Part shown: positions 39,686-54,774 of the stretch, one piece after another
Layout: each line of letters starts with the position of its first letter
Numbering within the stretch: the stretch's first letter is position 1
Assembly (NCBI GenBank): GCA_043228905.1
Contig: JBHGNT010000011.1
Span: 16,678,001-16,742,000 of the forward strand
Reading direction: 5' to 3'
Origin: Azolla caroliniana
Lineage: Eukaryota; Plantae; Polypodiophyta
DNA length: 64,000 nt
The notes under the pieces: model-generated
The model's database searches: none
What the model was told of the DNA's origin: nothing
What the model saw: only the letters and a program-made list of their open reading frames with translations
Position numbers and translations under genes: made by a program

Positions 39686-42600
39686 CTAACAACCCTCTTG
39701 AGATCTTCGGACAATGCGACGAACTTTCCGTTTGAAATCTTCTCTTGATTCTCGCCACTCTTTCTGTATTAGTCATGAAAAAATTGGAATCTATCTGAGA
39801 ATATACTAACTCACAAGACTAATACATAAATGGTACATCAATTGGAGGATTTAAATACCCAAGGTCAGGCTTAAAAGCCATCAGCCCAAATCACTATTGA
39901 GAAATAGCAAAGGCAAAAGGGAAAGAATTTCTATTCGTTTTTTGCACAATTACCTCTGGCCCTTTCAACAATGTAATCATCCCTATCCAAATTCAAGTTA
40001 AGAAGTGCTCCAGAATAATGGGGATATTCAAAGCCTAGTATATCATGTACACACTCACAGCCAATCACTAATGAGTCATGATTTACAAATTAAAGGAATA
40101 ATCTAATTGATTATATGGTACTCTTTAAACACAGACTATGTCAACTATTGGGCTCTCTGAATAATATGGATATTGAAAAACTAGCATCCTATTTTCGGGT
40201 TGTCAGTGATTTTCATATTGTCCACATGTTTTCCAAAGTTCGTTGCAATTATTTTTGAGCTTTTCTACCATTGAGTTTCTAGTCAAAGGATATCGTGACT
40301 GTATTGGTCACATCATTGTCATTATTAGTTATGAATTTTCAAGGGTTCCCACGCAAATTTTTAAGATGTCCCAAAGATGCTTCCCTTGATTACCGCAAAA
40401 AGAAATAAAAAATAATGCAATCTTTTATAAAATGAAATCTAATATGATATAACCTCAAACTTATTAGAGAAGCTTGGAAAGCCAGTGTCCAAGAGAAATA
40501 TGATATGAATGTGTGCTATTAACAATACAACCATGTTATAGATGTATACTGTGTCACATATGGGATGCAGAGTCGACACATTACACTTCTGTATCTAATC
40601 CTCGCAGCACACAAGTTACTCTAAACTGACTATTTGTCGACATCAACAGTTTATGTTTATTATGGCACTCTTGTTTTTTGAAGTATGAGGTTCACAATAA
40701 CTTACTGCAGCATCAATGTTGGCAGGGGATTCATCATTTGGGCTTGAAAGCATCGCAATTATGCTTAAAAGAATAGTTTCTACCTGCTTGAAAAAGTAAT
40801 CATTAATATCCAAAGAAATACCTCTATTCGTGAATCTTGCTCCTAATTATAAATGGACATTTTTTCTCTATTTCGATTTGGATCTTTGAACTCCCCCTTC
40901 AGATGATCAAGTTTATTAAAAGCCAATTCCACAAGGTAAAAAGATCAAACCAAGCATAAACTCAAAATTTTAACTTACACCGATTTCAGATTTCAACCAG
41001 GCAGACAACCAAGTAAAAGGGTAATACCGTGTGCACTGGTGACCATCGTTCACTTGCTAGCTCATAACCATTCGGGTCATCCCCTGGGGGATGAAGAATA
41101 GAAATACAGACCCTCCCATCTGGATATACTGAAGCAAAAGTTAACAGAGTGAGTATGTTAGCTCCCTTTAAATGTTTAGATCATCAGACTTCATCCCAAT
41201 CGGACTAATTTCACAGCTCCCATATGATTTTTGGTTGTACAAAGCAAATTCAAATTGAAGCATGAATATATAGCAAGCCTTCAAATACTGAAATTCATGT
41301 TAAAGAAGAAAGAAACTCCTCGTTAAGATCCTACAACAATGCCTTTAAGAACTATATTCTGATCCTAGAGAAATTGTTCATCTTCACTTGATACTGAGGA
41401 TTTCCAGATTTCATAAAATGCAAGCATCGGCTTCTTGAGAATAGAGTAATGAATCGGAATACATCAATCTTAAGAACCAAAGGTAACATTGACATAGGCT
41501 CGACATAGTTGTTACCATTTGGATGCCACATTTCTGAAGTGAATCTCACAGTTGGTGGGCTATTTGGATAGTTTATAGGAAAACTCATAATAGCATTGAA
41601 AAACCCTCCTTCACTGTAAACGAAATTAGAAATTAGAACTTTAGAAACCAAAGGTTGTACATGATAAGAGAACTGTATGTAAATTGTGATCAATTAAGAT
41701 TTTATATAAAGCTTTTAGTTTTGTGAAATTAAATTTATACAGTGCTAATAAAAGCTACTTGTTAGTTTTTTAACATCGTTGCAGTATTCTACTCTAATTG
41801 AGAAATTCGTGTTGATCAATCATGGACTCTTAATAAATGCGCTTCAACAGAACATCGATATGAATCCTAAGATGAGGGTTGTGATGAAGGAAATCTTTTA
41901 ACATAGGAGAGTGTTATACATAAAAAGAAGCTTCACCAAGCACATGTAGGTGATACCTCGGTAAAAAGGAAACTAGAAAACATAAATGATCTTCTTGGGT
42001 AACTGCAAACCTCGAAGTCACTAGGAAAATCAGGAAACTATTTATATGATGTGCAATTATCAGTCGTATAGGGTGTAAATGGTACAACCCATGATATCAA
42101 AAATTGACAACAGCCAAATTCAGGGAAAGAACTTGTGTATGGGTGGAAATGACGATCATCACATGGTGAACTTTCAAAGCTAGTGACCATAAATTGCAAA
42201 AGAAAATCAGACATATAGGATGCAATTGGGAGGGTCTACAATATGAGAAATTCAGGATCACTGAATTCAGGTATTGAATTGTATATGGCGGGGATGAAGA
42301 ACATTAACGTAATATTGATAAAGTTCATATGGATGCATAGACCATATCTTAGATCATGGATGACAATCCATGCATTAAGATTCTACAATGGCATTGGTAC
42401 CACAAACCCTGATCAATTCACTACATAGACATTTATACAGCCACAACAGAGAAGTGGTCTTAAACATTAGAGAAGTGGTTCTAAACTCTCCTGTGATTCA
42501 AGTAATGACAGACAATAGTGTAATTTACTCAATGAGACGAACATTAGAAGGCAAGTTTCCACTATTGTGTGAACCCTTATGCACTGCATATTGACCAAAC

Positions 42601-45600
42601 CCTTAATTTAGAATATTGGCAAGCTGCAACGGTAAGACACCACTGTGGTTCACAATGTTTTGGCGACGTGCTTCCTTCCAAACTGTTGCAAATGCATATG
42701 CAAAGTATTTGCAACTTTAGAGCAAACATTATAGCTGACCTTAAGGAAAAACCTTGTGAATTGATCAAAAACATTTGCAACGCTCATGTGATGCACGCAA
42801 TGAAAACCACCGTAACATCGCACCCTTCCTCCGGCCAATCTGCCAACAGCCTCCTTTATTATCCTTGTAGTGAAGAACGAAAGTAGAATTGCATTAGTCG
42901 ATCTGGTAGAGGTGGTTTCTCTGGTACATCATACAAAAATAGTTGCTTGCTTGCCCCATATACCCACCGAGTTGATAAGTTGATAAGTTGAGATGGAGAT
43001 GATTTCCTCATGAACCGCCATGCTGTCTTGGAATCCCAGCTCATAAATGATACAGTTTTCTCAAACTGAACTAGAACTTCTGTATTCTTTCTATGAAAGA
43101 TGATGTCTGACTAGTTGTAGGAGTGGTAAGGGCGACCTCTCCCTAACTTCAGACTCTCACCTTGCTATACTCATCATCATACCACAATTCCGAGGGGTAT
43201 TATCTGAATTAAATCTCCCTATGAGAGTAGTACGTGGAAAAGCTATAGCTCAGCTGAATCCAGAATTTCAGTCAAAATGTGTCAAGTAAGGGAAATTTTA
43301 CAGGCTATTTATCACCTCATGAATATTTTGCGAGAATCTTGAATTTGTTTGCCTATTTTTATCACAATGATTTTTTTAAAGATTCAGACAACTTTAGCAA
43401 ATTTATTTGTAGAACATTATCTCACACAATGCTATGCATGGTATGATTCATAGCATAAAACAAGGTGATGAATATCCATAGAGAAAATGCAATTATAATT
43501 TTTATACAAATCTCTGCCACAACATTCGCCTCTACTTTCATTGTCTTAGAAAGCCTCATCAAATGTAGCCCTCGGTTTGCAACAATTTCTTGATTTGAGG
43601 ACCACATGTGGAGAAATGCACCTTAATTAGAGCTAAATTTCTGAGTAATGGTGGTTAGAGGACAAAACTTTTGAGAAAATCCTTACTTTTTTGACATGAT
43701 TTTGTGCATTAGCAATATAGCATGGAGAATCCTTAGCATTATTTACTTGTTAATATCTTGCTTCTTAATAATTCCCTTTGATTAATTCATTTCTTGTTTT
43801 CTACTAGATTCAAAATTTAATTGGTCTACCAATCTATGAAATGTTACATATTCTTGATTGTTTACGGAATATTTTACTTTCCTTATCCAATAATTAGTTT
43901 TCGCATGGGTTTACATTTATGTATTGTCACATGGTCTAGGGAAAACATCAACATACCTAATAGGAGCTGCTATCCTTCCACAATGGCATAAAATTTGGGA
44001 AAGTTAATATAGAACTTCAACAAATCCATCTCTAATCAAGTGTAGTGGTCAAGGTCATTCATTACATGACCGATATATCGATCTTTTTCACACCATCTAT
44101 GGTGAAGCGGGCTTCAGTTAACGACAGAAGAGACAAGTACCAATCTTTTTCTGAAAGTTAACTCGATGAAAGCAGTATAATGGGCATCATGAGGGGATAA
44201 GTATAGACATGAAACTTATATTTCTGTAAATCATATGATTCCTCTCATGTGATTATGATTGCCTATAATGACAATGTGAAATCTAGATTCTAATTTCTAT
44301 ATCGTTGCGCTTCACCAAATTACCCATTTGAGTCCACAATGAATATTATTGCCCCAGCTATTGTGAGAGGAATGGGAGCACATGAGCAGAAAATAAATGG
44401 GACAAATCAAGTTTCGAGTTTGTAAACTAAGGGATCCAAACGAGAAACATAAGCTTCAATTGTTGAACAATTCAATTTACATCAAGTTACAATTAAACTT
44501 AAATTGAAGAAATAAACATGTGACACATGCTCATTTAACTAGGATCAAACAGATATCAAACAAAGGCAGCGGGCATTGGCATGTACCACTGGACCTTAAT
44601 AGATTGAATAAATTGGAGCACATGCATAGAAAATGAATATGAGGAATTGTGCTCCAAGTTTCCAAAATAAGGAACCCAAACAGGAAACCTGAACTTTAAT
44701 TGCTAAATTAATTCATATTACATCAAGGTTGAAACTAAACTTAAATTGAAGATATAAGCATGCTCATTTGAGTAGAGAATACACAGATATGACACAAGAG
44801 CAGAATTATATCAATGCTCATTATCATATGCCAATAGATGTTAATTGATCGAAGATTGCAATCTCGATTCAAAAAAGTATCAACAGTTCTCTTGCAATTG
44901 GAATTCTCTCTATATCCACCTCATCATCATAATCATATCATGAGACTGCCTAGTCAGAAGAGGATGAAGAAGAGGCATCAGCCACAATTACAAGTCTATA
45001 CTGAATTAACGTGTATCATGAAGCGGAATTACAAAATTCTCATATAAAATGGAGTAGATATCACACTCTACTTGTTAGATGTCATGTTATTTGTGAATTG
45101 AATAACCACGGAAATATGTCGGAAAGATCTTTTTTATTACACATATTACATTTCAAGTTTCTCAATTTATTCAGTTCACCAGAGTCACCAAATTATACTA
45201 TTATGAAAAACAGCTATATGTTATATATTATTACAAATGCATATTGTATATAATTTGCATCAACTATAGAATCGGTAGGTTTCTGATTTATATGTAAAAG
45301 CCATATGTGTCTATTATTAATAACTTATTGATATACTATGATACAGATTTAATATGTTATTGCATCGTCTTTCCTTTATTTACGAAGTTCGTGTTTTACT
45401 ATGGACGTTCTTCGTGAGAGCCACCACAAGGTTGTTGTACTACTGTCTACCCTCTTGTTGGTGAGACAGGCTAAAGTAGGTGTTAACTACTCTCAAGCTA
45501 CTAGCATGAACACTAACTACAAACAAAATCCAATCTCTATCTTCTCCTTAACACATTCCCAAGGTGAACACTTCACTTAAGATATTAGACAACTTAATTA

Positions 45601-48600
45601 CACTTAAAAGTACTTCACCCATGCATAAGAAAGCACGAAATCGCCCGACATGTTCATGGGATAACGTCCAAGCTCCAATTAACCAAAGCTCCACAAAGTT
45701 GCAAGAATTAAGGCTTAATAGTACAGGAAGATTAGGTTTTAGGGCTTAGGCTTAATGAAAGTAATTAAGAAGAGGGATAAAGTCTTAAGCTTTAGCTCTA
45801 GGGAGAAAGAAAGAAAGAACCATATATTAATGACTTTTAAGAGGCCAACATGGCATATTAGACCAAACAAGAGATTACATCTTAAGTGTTGTCTCGCCTT
45901 TGAGAACAACAAATCAAAATAAATAAATGTTAGTAAGATCATTAGATAAAAAGAGACTAAAGAATCTTCTTATTGACACATGTAAGATTCTCAAGTTAGA
46001 TATATTGTAACTTTTGTCTTTGAAAGATCTTTAACATAGGTCGATCCAGAATGGAGGGGTCTCCGAAGCGAGGGAGGCACCTACAATGGCGGGAGATAAC
46101 AGCCTTTATCTATCAATGACAAGGGTGGTGGTGAGATCATGGTCCATAGGGCCGGAGCCTACATGCACGACAAATTGTTATTGCCCGATCTGTTGTAACG
46201 ATCAAGAGCCCATTGGTGTAGCCCTTGATTGAATTGTAGCATTAGTTATGGGGCTGAAAAAGTTGTGATTTTCTTTGTGGATGAGCTTGTGTGGCTGTAT
46301 TGTTGTCCTTCAACAGCTTTTCTCCGTATCTCTTGAGTTCTAGAAAGGAAGGTCCTAGGCACTGTTGGTCCTCATATTCGATTATCTTGTGTAGTGGGCC
46401 AAAGCCTTGTTTAAAGAGGCAATGGTGTCTCCCTCTTATTTCATAAAAAATACCAAGCATGGTATTCTTTGGATTCCACTCCTCGATCACACAATTGGCA
46501 AATTCTTTCTTCAAAGTTAATCGTGCATTTCTGCATACTTCAATTTCTAACTGAGGTGATGAAGTTCGCATCATACCGTGCAGCATATAGGATAGATGTA
46601 TGTCCATAAAAGATAGCCTAATGATGAATCCATCCTCCGATGTGTGTAAAAAGTGTGTCTTGCAGTGGCCCATCTTCATACTAAGTGATATTTTGGAGCT
46701 GATCCATGTTATCTTGTATTCCAAATTAATACTAGCAGTTTGGATCACTCTATTATTTTCCACTTTGGTCATGTTGAGATGGGAACGCAAACCATTGCTT
46801 CATTTCAGCATACCAACAATGAACATCTCCATGTTCATACAGTTGTTTTGACAACGTAAGTGCCAACCTTGAGTACCTTCCTTTAGGGAGCTCCCAAAGA
46901 CGTTGGATACAACAAGTCATTCATCAAAATAATGTCGTTGGCGATTATACGGGCTGCTCCCATCTCTCGAATGGGGGACACTTAGTACTGAATGCTTGGT
47001 AATCCCTAGTGGAGATGACTTATGATTTTGTGCCCAATCTAATGAGCGAATAAATTAGTGGCGTTTCGAAATAATAGTCTTCTCTCCCAATCCTCGTTAC
47101 TTTTACCTCGAATTATATCATGGGGCACCACTGCTTTGCTCCTTATCATTCAGAGAATCATTTCGAAAGGTTTATAATTTCATATGTATACTCTCTACAT
47201 CTTACATAAGGCTAATTGTATCGATTTATAAAGATTACCTGTATATCCATTCACATCTTTAGCTTTCCAAGGTATATCTTATACCTATAAGGAGTTTTTG
47301 TACCTCTGCCCCTAAATGTTGGATGCAAGTTATCCAGCCAATACTTAACAATTATATATATGCATAGAATAAATATATTGTATGTCATCCTCGTGTTGTC
47401 CCCATCCCCCATGGTATGTGCCACGTGACACTGCTTTTCTATATATAGAAAATGGGTGGAAACTTGTGTTGAATTTTTCACACAACATTTTCCTGTTGAT
47501 ATGTTTTCACTTTACTATCTACAACCCAATTGGAGCACATTGTATATTGTCATTTTGAAGCGTCTCATCCAGTGAGAGGCCATCAGATTGTCAATTACCT
47601 CAAGTGGTTAGCTTTAAAAGTCTTTTTCTTTTCTCTCTAAATGAACAAGAGTTTAGAAGTCCAAACATATTCTAAACTCGTGAAGGTTGTGTAGAGTTTA
47701 AACATTGCAATTGGTAAATATTGATAGCACAGACATCGTGAAGATTCAATCCCCCAGTGATTCCTTGGGAGGAGATATGATATCTACTCAATGTTCTATG
47801 AGTAGGCCATGAACTAGATTGTATATCGAGTACTTACTTGAGGATGAGATTGAATTCTTTAGCTTCAAGTCAGAGACTTTTCGCATGACAAGGATGGGAT
47901 ATTTGAGAAGAGTGATCAGGGTCTCATATATTTAGGATTTAGCATATTTATCATGATATTTTGGCTCATACAATTTTGATGTACGGCATATGCAACATGT
48001 CAAATGACCTTTCATGATGTACGGAATGGGTACTATCAATTAACATGCTTGATGTATCTCACTCACAATGTACGATTATGCCGACATAACTATGAAAAGA
48101 GGGAGGCATTCTTCTCTTCTGTTGCATAGTGTGGTTTTTGTTGTTTTTACCACTATTCTAGCTTGTGATGAAAATATTTAATAGAATATCTATGCAATGT
48201 GTATGTACATTTTAGTTCATTTTTACCCGCTAAACTGGCTTGTCTACAAAGATGAACCAGAACAGAGATCTTCTAAACGTTTAAAAAAAATTCTAAATTG
48301 AAATAATGCGCAAAATGACTTACTAGAGGGTATCAGGGGGGCCGATGATAGTGACGTTCCATTCGAATATGTTTGAATCATCGACGAGACCAGCTGAGAA
48401 ACCTTCTACAGGTCTTCTAGACAAATCTGCACAACCACCACCATTACCATTATTGTTGTCACCGTCGCCATCTAACACGTTTTCTTACTCTTTACCATGT
48501 CTTACTCCTTGCCTTCTTCTTGCTCCATCTCTACTAGATTTTGTTTACTTATTCTTACAGAGATCGGAAATATATACATATAGAGAGAGAGAGAGGGAGA

Positions 48601-48704
48601 GAGGGACGGGGATGGGGAGAGGGAGAGAGGAACACACACACAGAAGTATCTTGCTTACCTTTGAGCTGTTTGCGTAGGAGAAGGCTTGCTTGAGTGTCAG
48701 CCAT
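39686..48704 (-). CDS. UBC7: Ubiquitin-conjugating enzyme E2 of the UBC7/UBC13/UBC14 (UBE2G-like) type, 6 exons, 167 aa
   Basis: Exons 48704-48659 ([15 protein letters not shown]), 48426-48324 ([29 protein letters not shown]), 41613-41516 ([16 protein letters not shown]), 41128-41028 ([33 protein letters not shown]), 40783-40706 ([12 protein letters not shown]) and 39763-39686. Total 504 nt in frame. Confidence 0.96.
42550..43260 (-). mobile_element. Degenerate LINE ORF2 remnant in UBC intron 2
   Basis: [17 protein letters not shown] and [12 protein letters not shown] resemble the pre-RT linker of non-LTR elements. Confidence 0.5.
44375..44803. repeat. Old tandem duplication of ~200-240 bp
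   Basis: GGAGCACATG...TTACATCAAG...AAACTTAAATTGAAGA...CATGCTCATTT...CAGATAT occurs at ~44375-44570 and ~44616-44803. Confidence 0.7.
45410..47300 (-). mobile_element. Degenerate LTR-retrotransposon remnant (gag-like sequence plus LTR-like sequence) in UBC intron 2
   Basis: Minus frames include [14 protein letters not shown] (resembling the gag FxxSLxxxAxxW pattern) and a 182-codon open stretch at 46242-46790. The segment 45410-46020 has LTR-like composition. The family is not identified. Confidence 0.35.
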
Positions 48705-51700
48705 GGCCACTCCAGGAACAGGACAGCCTACAGGACTGAATTTTATCTAAAGAGGAATTAGCATTGAAGTGACCAAGCAATTTATGCTCATTTATACTCT
48801 CTGTGTGTCTGTGTCTGTGTCTGTGTCTGTATCTGTGTATGTCCCTTGGGGGGGTGGGGGGTTGGTTTGCTTATATTGTACAAACCATGACTTTTTAGTG
48901 TTGCCATGGTTGCATTTGCACACACTTCCAAGTTCTCTCTCACAAGAGTGTGTGTGTGTGTGTGTGTGTGTGTGCTTCTCCCTCCCTATATGTACATACA
49001 CACACACACCCACACACACACACCTGTCATCTCTCACGACCACCCCTCTTTCATGTCTCCTCGTCTGTCCGGCACTTCAAAAACCCACCCTGTCATGCGT
49101 GGTGTTATATGCATACATCTCTCGCTTCTGAACCCTTCCCAAGCTTGGTATGCCTACATCTCTCGTTTTCTCGTGTATATACATCTTGTTATCGTCGATT
49201 ATGATGTCTCTCTCGCATCATGGCTTCATGCTTTCGGCTCGCCATTATTCTCGTTTTCATCGAGAACTTGATTGCTTGCTTCACAAACTCCAACAATTCA
49301 ATCCTACGCAAAGACACCACTATAGTAATAATATGAATATCTATATCAAGCGCTTGTATATCTTCGCAAGAAACAACTTGTACGAACACATCATGAAATT
49401 ACACTCATTCCGATCTTAAGTTTGTTTGCACATGTGATCCTCCCAATTATCAACTTGTGACTACCTTCTCATTTAATATGTTGGTATTCGTACATTTGCA
49501 CTAAATGTTAAATGTCTTTTTCATCTTGAGTTCTATGCCTAAACAATGCTTGCCATTTATGGTGCAATGGATCCTTAGCTTTTTCATTAGCACATGTATA
49601 TAGTTTCGCCATTTATGCTTATGCATGTGTTATCATTATTTGCATGATCATCTTGCACGGTGCTTCATGTTGTAGTTACTTCTCATCCCTAGTATACCTA
49701 GGGGCTTGGGAGCATAAAGTACATTATATCTTGCATATGCAACATAGGACACGTCAATTTTGAGTAATGCTTCACATCAAAATGGCACTTAAAAGTTGTT
49801 AAACCATTATTCTTATGTTTATCGCCCAATATTAAGTATATACATATTGTCATCAACTATGGAGTCTCTTTGTAATGGAACTATTGAACATAAAGCGCAA
49901 AATCTATATTCTATTATTAGGGACAAACATGATACAATTAAGGTTTGCATTATGACAGCTCGTGGTATTCCTACTAACGATGATGCACTTTGGACTTGGA
50001 ACCTTTCTTGTATGTTGGACACCAACACATGTATCTTTTTTATCCACGTGCTTCTAATAATGCATGACTCGCATGTTCCATTGTTAGAAATACAAAGTTT
50101 GTGGTTTCCCCTACTCATGCTTTTACCATGTTGGACCAATATGAACATTGCCACGCACATGATGGTCATCCTCTGTATCATTAACCATCATCCTCCTTGT
50201 TGGCATAAAAGGCCAACTCCACCCATTCTTGTATCTGTAGTGTGAACATAAGACTCGGTTAGGGCTTCACTATAAAAGCCTATAACTGAACTATTGTATC
50301 ACGAGTTTTGGAGGCAAATAACAAAGTCTGCTTTGGGCTTCTCTGGGTAACCGTTTGTTTCATCTTCTCGAATCATGTTACAATGCACATCTCTTTCTTG
50401 CTTACTACCTATGTTTTTTGCTATACTCACTAACATGTCCTCAATGTTATTCCACAATATCAACTTCCATATTCAACACTTCTTACATTGTATATCTAGT
50501 AATTGAAAGACTTGTTGATAATGCTACATGATACACAACTTAAGAAAATTGCATTAAAAGGATATGAACGAGGAACCATTGTTGTGTGGTTGAACAACTA
50601 CATGCTCGGAGCCTGAGGGTGCATATTGATTCAAATTTCCCGTACTTCTCTCATTAAAGTAATGTTCATATGTTGTCATATAATGTTGTTACCCAATGTA
50701 GTAAACTAGGATGTGACACGCGCATAACTATATACATCAAGTGGTTGCCTTGATTGTAAGTGTGCTTGTTAGGATTCATGAATTTTTACTATCTTTCCAC
50801 ATTGTTATCCTTACAAGTTGGCACTAACACAATACACCCCAAATTTTCGTGTGGTCACACATGCATATGCTTGCTAAAAATTGTTTGCTATGGTATTTCT
50901 ATATTGTCATTTTGGTTTCGCATGGAATTAACCATTCCCTTTTTTATTGTATGCATACTTTAAATTATTCGATACTAACCTCGTGATATATTGATTATTC
51001 CATTGTTATATGAAACCTATTTTCAATAACAACCGAGTCATGTTCTGCATATATATCAAAGTGGTGAACTTGCATACACATATACTTCATTTCTATCTGT
51101 TTGTGTGCAAATGATCATCATAACATGATCTAACCACCAGTATCAACAAAGGGATTTATAAGTTACCTCAAAGGGTTGAAGAAACATAGTTCATAATCTC
51201 GTCCAAGGAACTGGATAGTGAAACAATGATTTATGCCTTTTTATCTACAACAAAGACAATGTCGATCACTTGACTATTCATACTTTACATAGTAAGATGA
51301 CAACTTCACCTATATCTAAGATCTAACAACGAATAAGTGTACAAAACATTGTCTCTAATATGATGAATTATTGGTTTCCTTCAAAGATAGGGGGGTACTT
51401 CACTAACCACCAAATGGGCTCTTAAGTTCTTCATATTGTATGATCCTTATTATTGTTGCCAACCTATACATCTACGTTTGAATCATTCAATGATTCTCAT
51501 GCAAAGTGCATATGTATCATAAACCAAGCCATTGTCCTCACGTTTAAACACATTGGCACCATTGTGCATAATCGGCCCATCAATCTCACCAATACATATA
51601 TACACTCTTATTGTACATACAATAATCTATACTATAGTATCATATAGCACATGCATTAATTCCATGCATCATGTATCATGCATGGATGTTCACTTTATAA

Positions 51701-53710
51701 ATGTGCATGCATTTGAGGATTAAGTCACTTTTACATACCATTGAAAACGTGTATTTCTTAAAATGATTTGTATCTTTTGTCCCCTCATTCTAAAACTTGC
51801 TCATGTACCAATATAATCGATGAAACAATTTTAATATTTGTGTGAACCATTAATTGGTTGCTTGAAATATTGTTCTTATTTGTGTCGTGTTGTTGAAATT
51901 GCAAACCTAGCAATGTTATACGAGATAAAGAGAGAAAAATGCATGACAATTTTAATAACATAATAGTGCCTCGAGCATACCTGAAACCACTTAATAATAA
52001 ATATTGAGTGTATCATAAAGTTCCCTATACAATTGTTAATGGGTTTTGTGAGTAGGTTGTAACTTTAGTTTTGGATTGAATGGATTATTGTGGTAAAGAA
52101 ACTTGCAAAACAAGATGCTTTCCATGAGAAATATGAAGAAAATCAACGAGAGATGTTTTGGAAACACGTTAACTCCTGAATCTTAGGAATCTTAGGTAAT
52201 ATATTAAATAAACCCAAAGAAAGATGGATGCATGTAGAATAAATAAATATATGCTACAAATGCCCAAGTCTTTGAGCTTTAGGAATGAAAGGAATCTATG
52301 ATGTCATTGACACACAAAGAATGGACAAAGGTGATGTGCATAAGATTCAATGAGATGATGAACAAGCAAAAGCACGAGAATAAGCGTGGAGAAGCAAACA
52401 TTAGAGATCATGCAAGAATAGAAAAAGACAACATATGTGAGGATAGTGGATTCCATCAAACGTAATTTGATGACCAGTCTCATAAGAGGTGAAAGATGAG
52501 ACGGAGCAATGAGACAAGTGATAAAACTTTGATTTGTAAGACAAATGAACTAACATCCAAAACAAAGAAACAAGTGGGGTGTTAAGAAAAGGGGCAAAGG
52601 AATGGATAGACTTGTAGTACAATGTGAAAAAGCAAATGGCATTGTAAATGCAAATGATACTTCACAACTTGAGTTGGAGCTAAGGCCTATTTTAACTCCT
52701 CAAATATGTCGCAAGTTATAACTTCTTTGGCTAGTTAGGGCGATTAGTATTATTTCAGCCATCTCTCATCGGCATGGAGGCTGCAAATATCCATGAATCG
52801 AAAATGTTTTTAGGTCCCTTTCTCCTCATGAATGGATGGATGAATTTATGGTTAGCATTAGCTTTGTTTTGGTGGGGTTGTTCTTCTCACCGAAACAACC
52901 ATCAACTTTTGTATTGTTTATGATTTTATAATAGTAGTGTGTATCTTTTGTTTTAAAAAAACAAAAGTTAGGTCGATTAGTATGCTAATACATTTAATTG
53001 CATTTGCCACAAAAACACGAAAATCATGTTCCAAAAGTATTGATTCTAGAAGATTCCCATATTTTGCACTTGTTTGCTTCAATCATAACCATGTTTAACA
53101 CTTTACTTTTCTCATCCTCCACATGGCCAACAATCTATCTGCCATTGTGGAATTTTGTACCTAACTTGTAGAAGACTAATTTGTAGTTGAAATCTAACAG
53201 TATTGTCACTAATAGTATAATAGATCATGGTTGGATGTTTCTAAGTCCTTAATATCAAAATTATCATGCAACTTTCCCCTTTAAGCACCAACCTCTTCCT
53301 TGTTCTGGTTAGTAACGGGCATGTCATCCACACATAGGATGACAACCATTAAACTACTATCGTTGGCTTTCCTTGTACAATGACAATGATCATTGACATT
53401 TTTTGCATAACCATTGGAATGCATAAAAGCATCCAAACTTATGATACCACTATTTGTGCATTCCGTTTAACCCACATAGACTTTTTCCACAACTTGCGTA
53501 CAAAATGTCGATGATGAACCCCTCAAGTTGTTTCACGTACACACACTCACAGCCAACAAAAAGTCAAATAGCATCCACTTGGGACAAAGCTTCGTGTCCA
53601 ATGTCACCATAAGAAGTAACTAACCCATGGAGATCTTCTGTTCATACTCATAGAACTACGTATTAGTTGTCTTTACTCCATGCAAAAAAGCACCAAACCA
53701 ACCAGTAGGG

Positions 53711-53748
<38 letters not shown>

Positions 53749-54279
53749 GCATACACGTCAACGTCATTACCAATGAAAAAATATTATCAAAGTACACGAT
53801 CTTGGTCTTCTTAAGTAAAAACCCTCAATGCATTACGAGTGCTTTGTGCTTTGATATTTCATAATTCGAGAGTCTGCGTCATCTTGTAGATCCATTTTGT
53901 GTGACAATATTTTGTTATATAAGATACAAATCCATTTCACATTGCATAGCCAAAACTTCCAATATTGGCACATGTTCCTGGAGGGGGGGGGGGGGGGATC
54001 AAGTCAAAACCACAGATCTTCTTAAAGCTGGGATCGTGGTCATGCGATGGTTGCTCAAAGCACGTACAATGTTCGACATCACGGGAACTCCTAATTCAGA
54101 GCATTGTTTGTCATAGGGGATTTTGGCCACAGGTCCGATTGGTGGGAGGAGGGAGTTATGGATTTCTCCTCCTTAGTGCGAAAGAAAGGGGCTATCGGAC
54201 TGAAAGTTTTGTTCTATAACTTCTATTTATAATAAAGAATCTCAACTTTCAAGCAAATGGTCAAGATGGAGGTTATGTT

Positions 54280-54670
54280 TAGTTCTTACATTACCCCAAT
54301 ATGTACATATACATATGCAATAATAGTGCATCATCATCACAATAATTAATATAGTTCTTACATTACCCCAATATACACATGCAATAATAGTGCATCATCA
54401 TCACAATAATTAATATAGTTCTTACATTACCCCAATATACATATACAATAATAGTGCATCATCATCACAATAATTAATATAGTTCTTACATTACCCCAAT
54501 ATACATATGCAATAATAGTGCATCATCATCACAATAATTAATATAGTTCTTACATTACCCCAATATACATATGCAATAATAGTGCATCATCATCACAATA
54601 ATTAATATAGTTCTTACATTACCCCAATATACATATGCAATAATAGTGCATCATCATCACAATAATTAAC
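54280..54670. repeat. 64-bp tandem repeat, 6 near-identical copies
   Basis: The unit TAGTTCTTACATTACCCCAATATACATATGCAATAATAGTGCATCATCATCACAATAATTAATA starts at 54280, 54352, 54416, 54480, 54544 and 54608. The first copy has an 8-bp insertion. Confidence 0.97.
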
Positions 54671-54774
54671 ATTTACTGTAGGAGAGAATAAGGAATGAAG
54701 AATAAAATGGCCCTTTCTTCTTCTTCTTCTTCTTCATCTTCATTGTCATCTCTCTCTCTCTTTGAAACCAAGCT

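Noticed and set aside
49500-53600. Short ORFs in the UBC-cystatin intergenic region
   Set aside because: They have no recognisable motifs or consistent splice phases and are probably very old TE debris that I cannot classify.
54280-54670. CRISPR-like array
   Set aside because: The units are contiguous with no unique spacers, the context is eukaryotic, and there are no cas genes.
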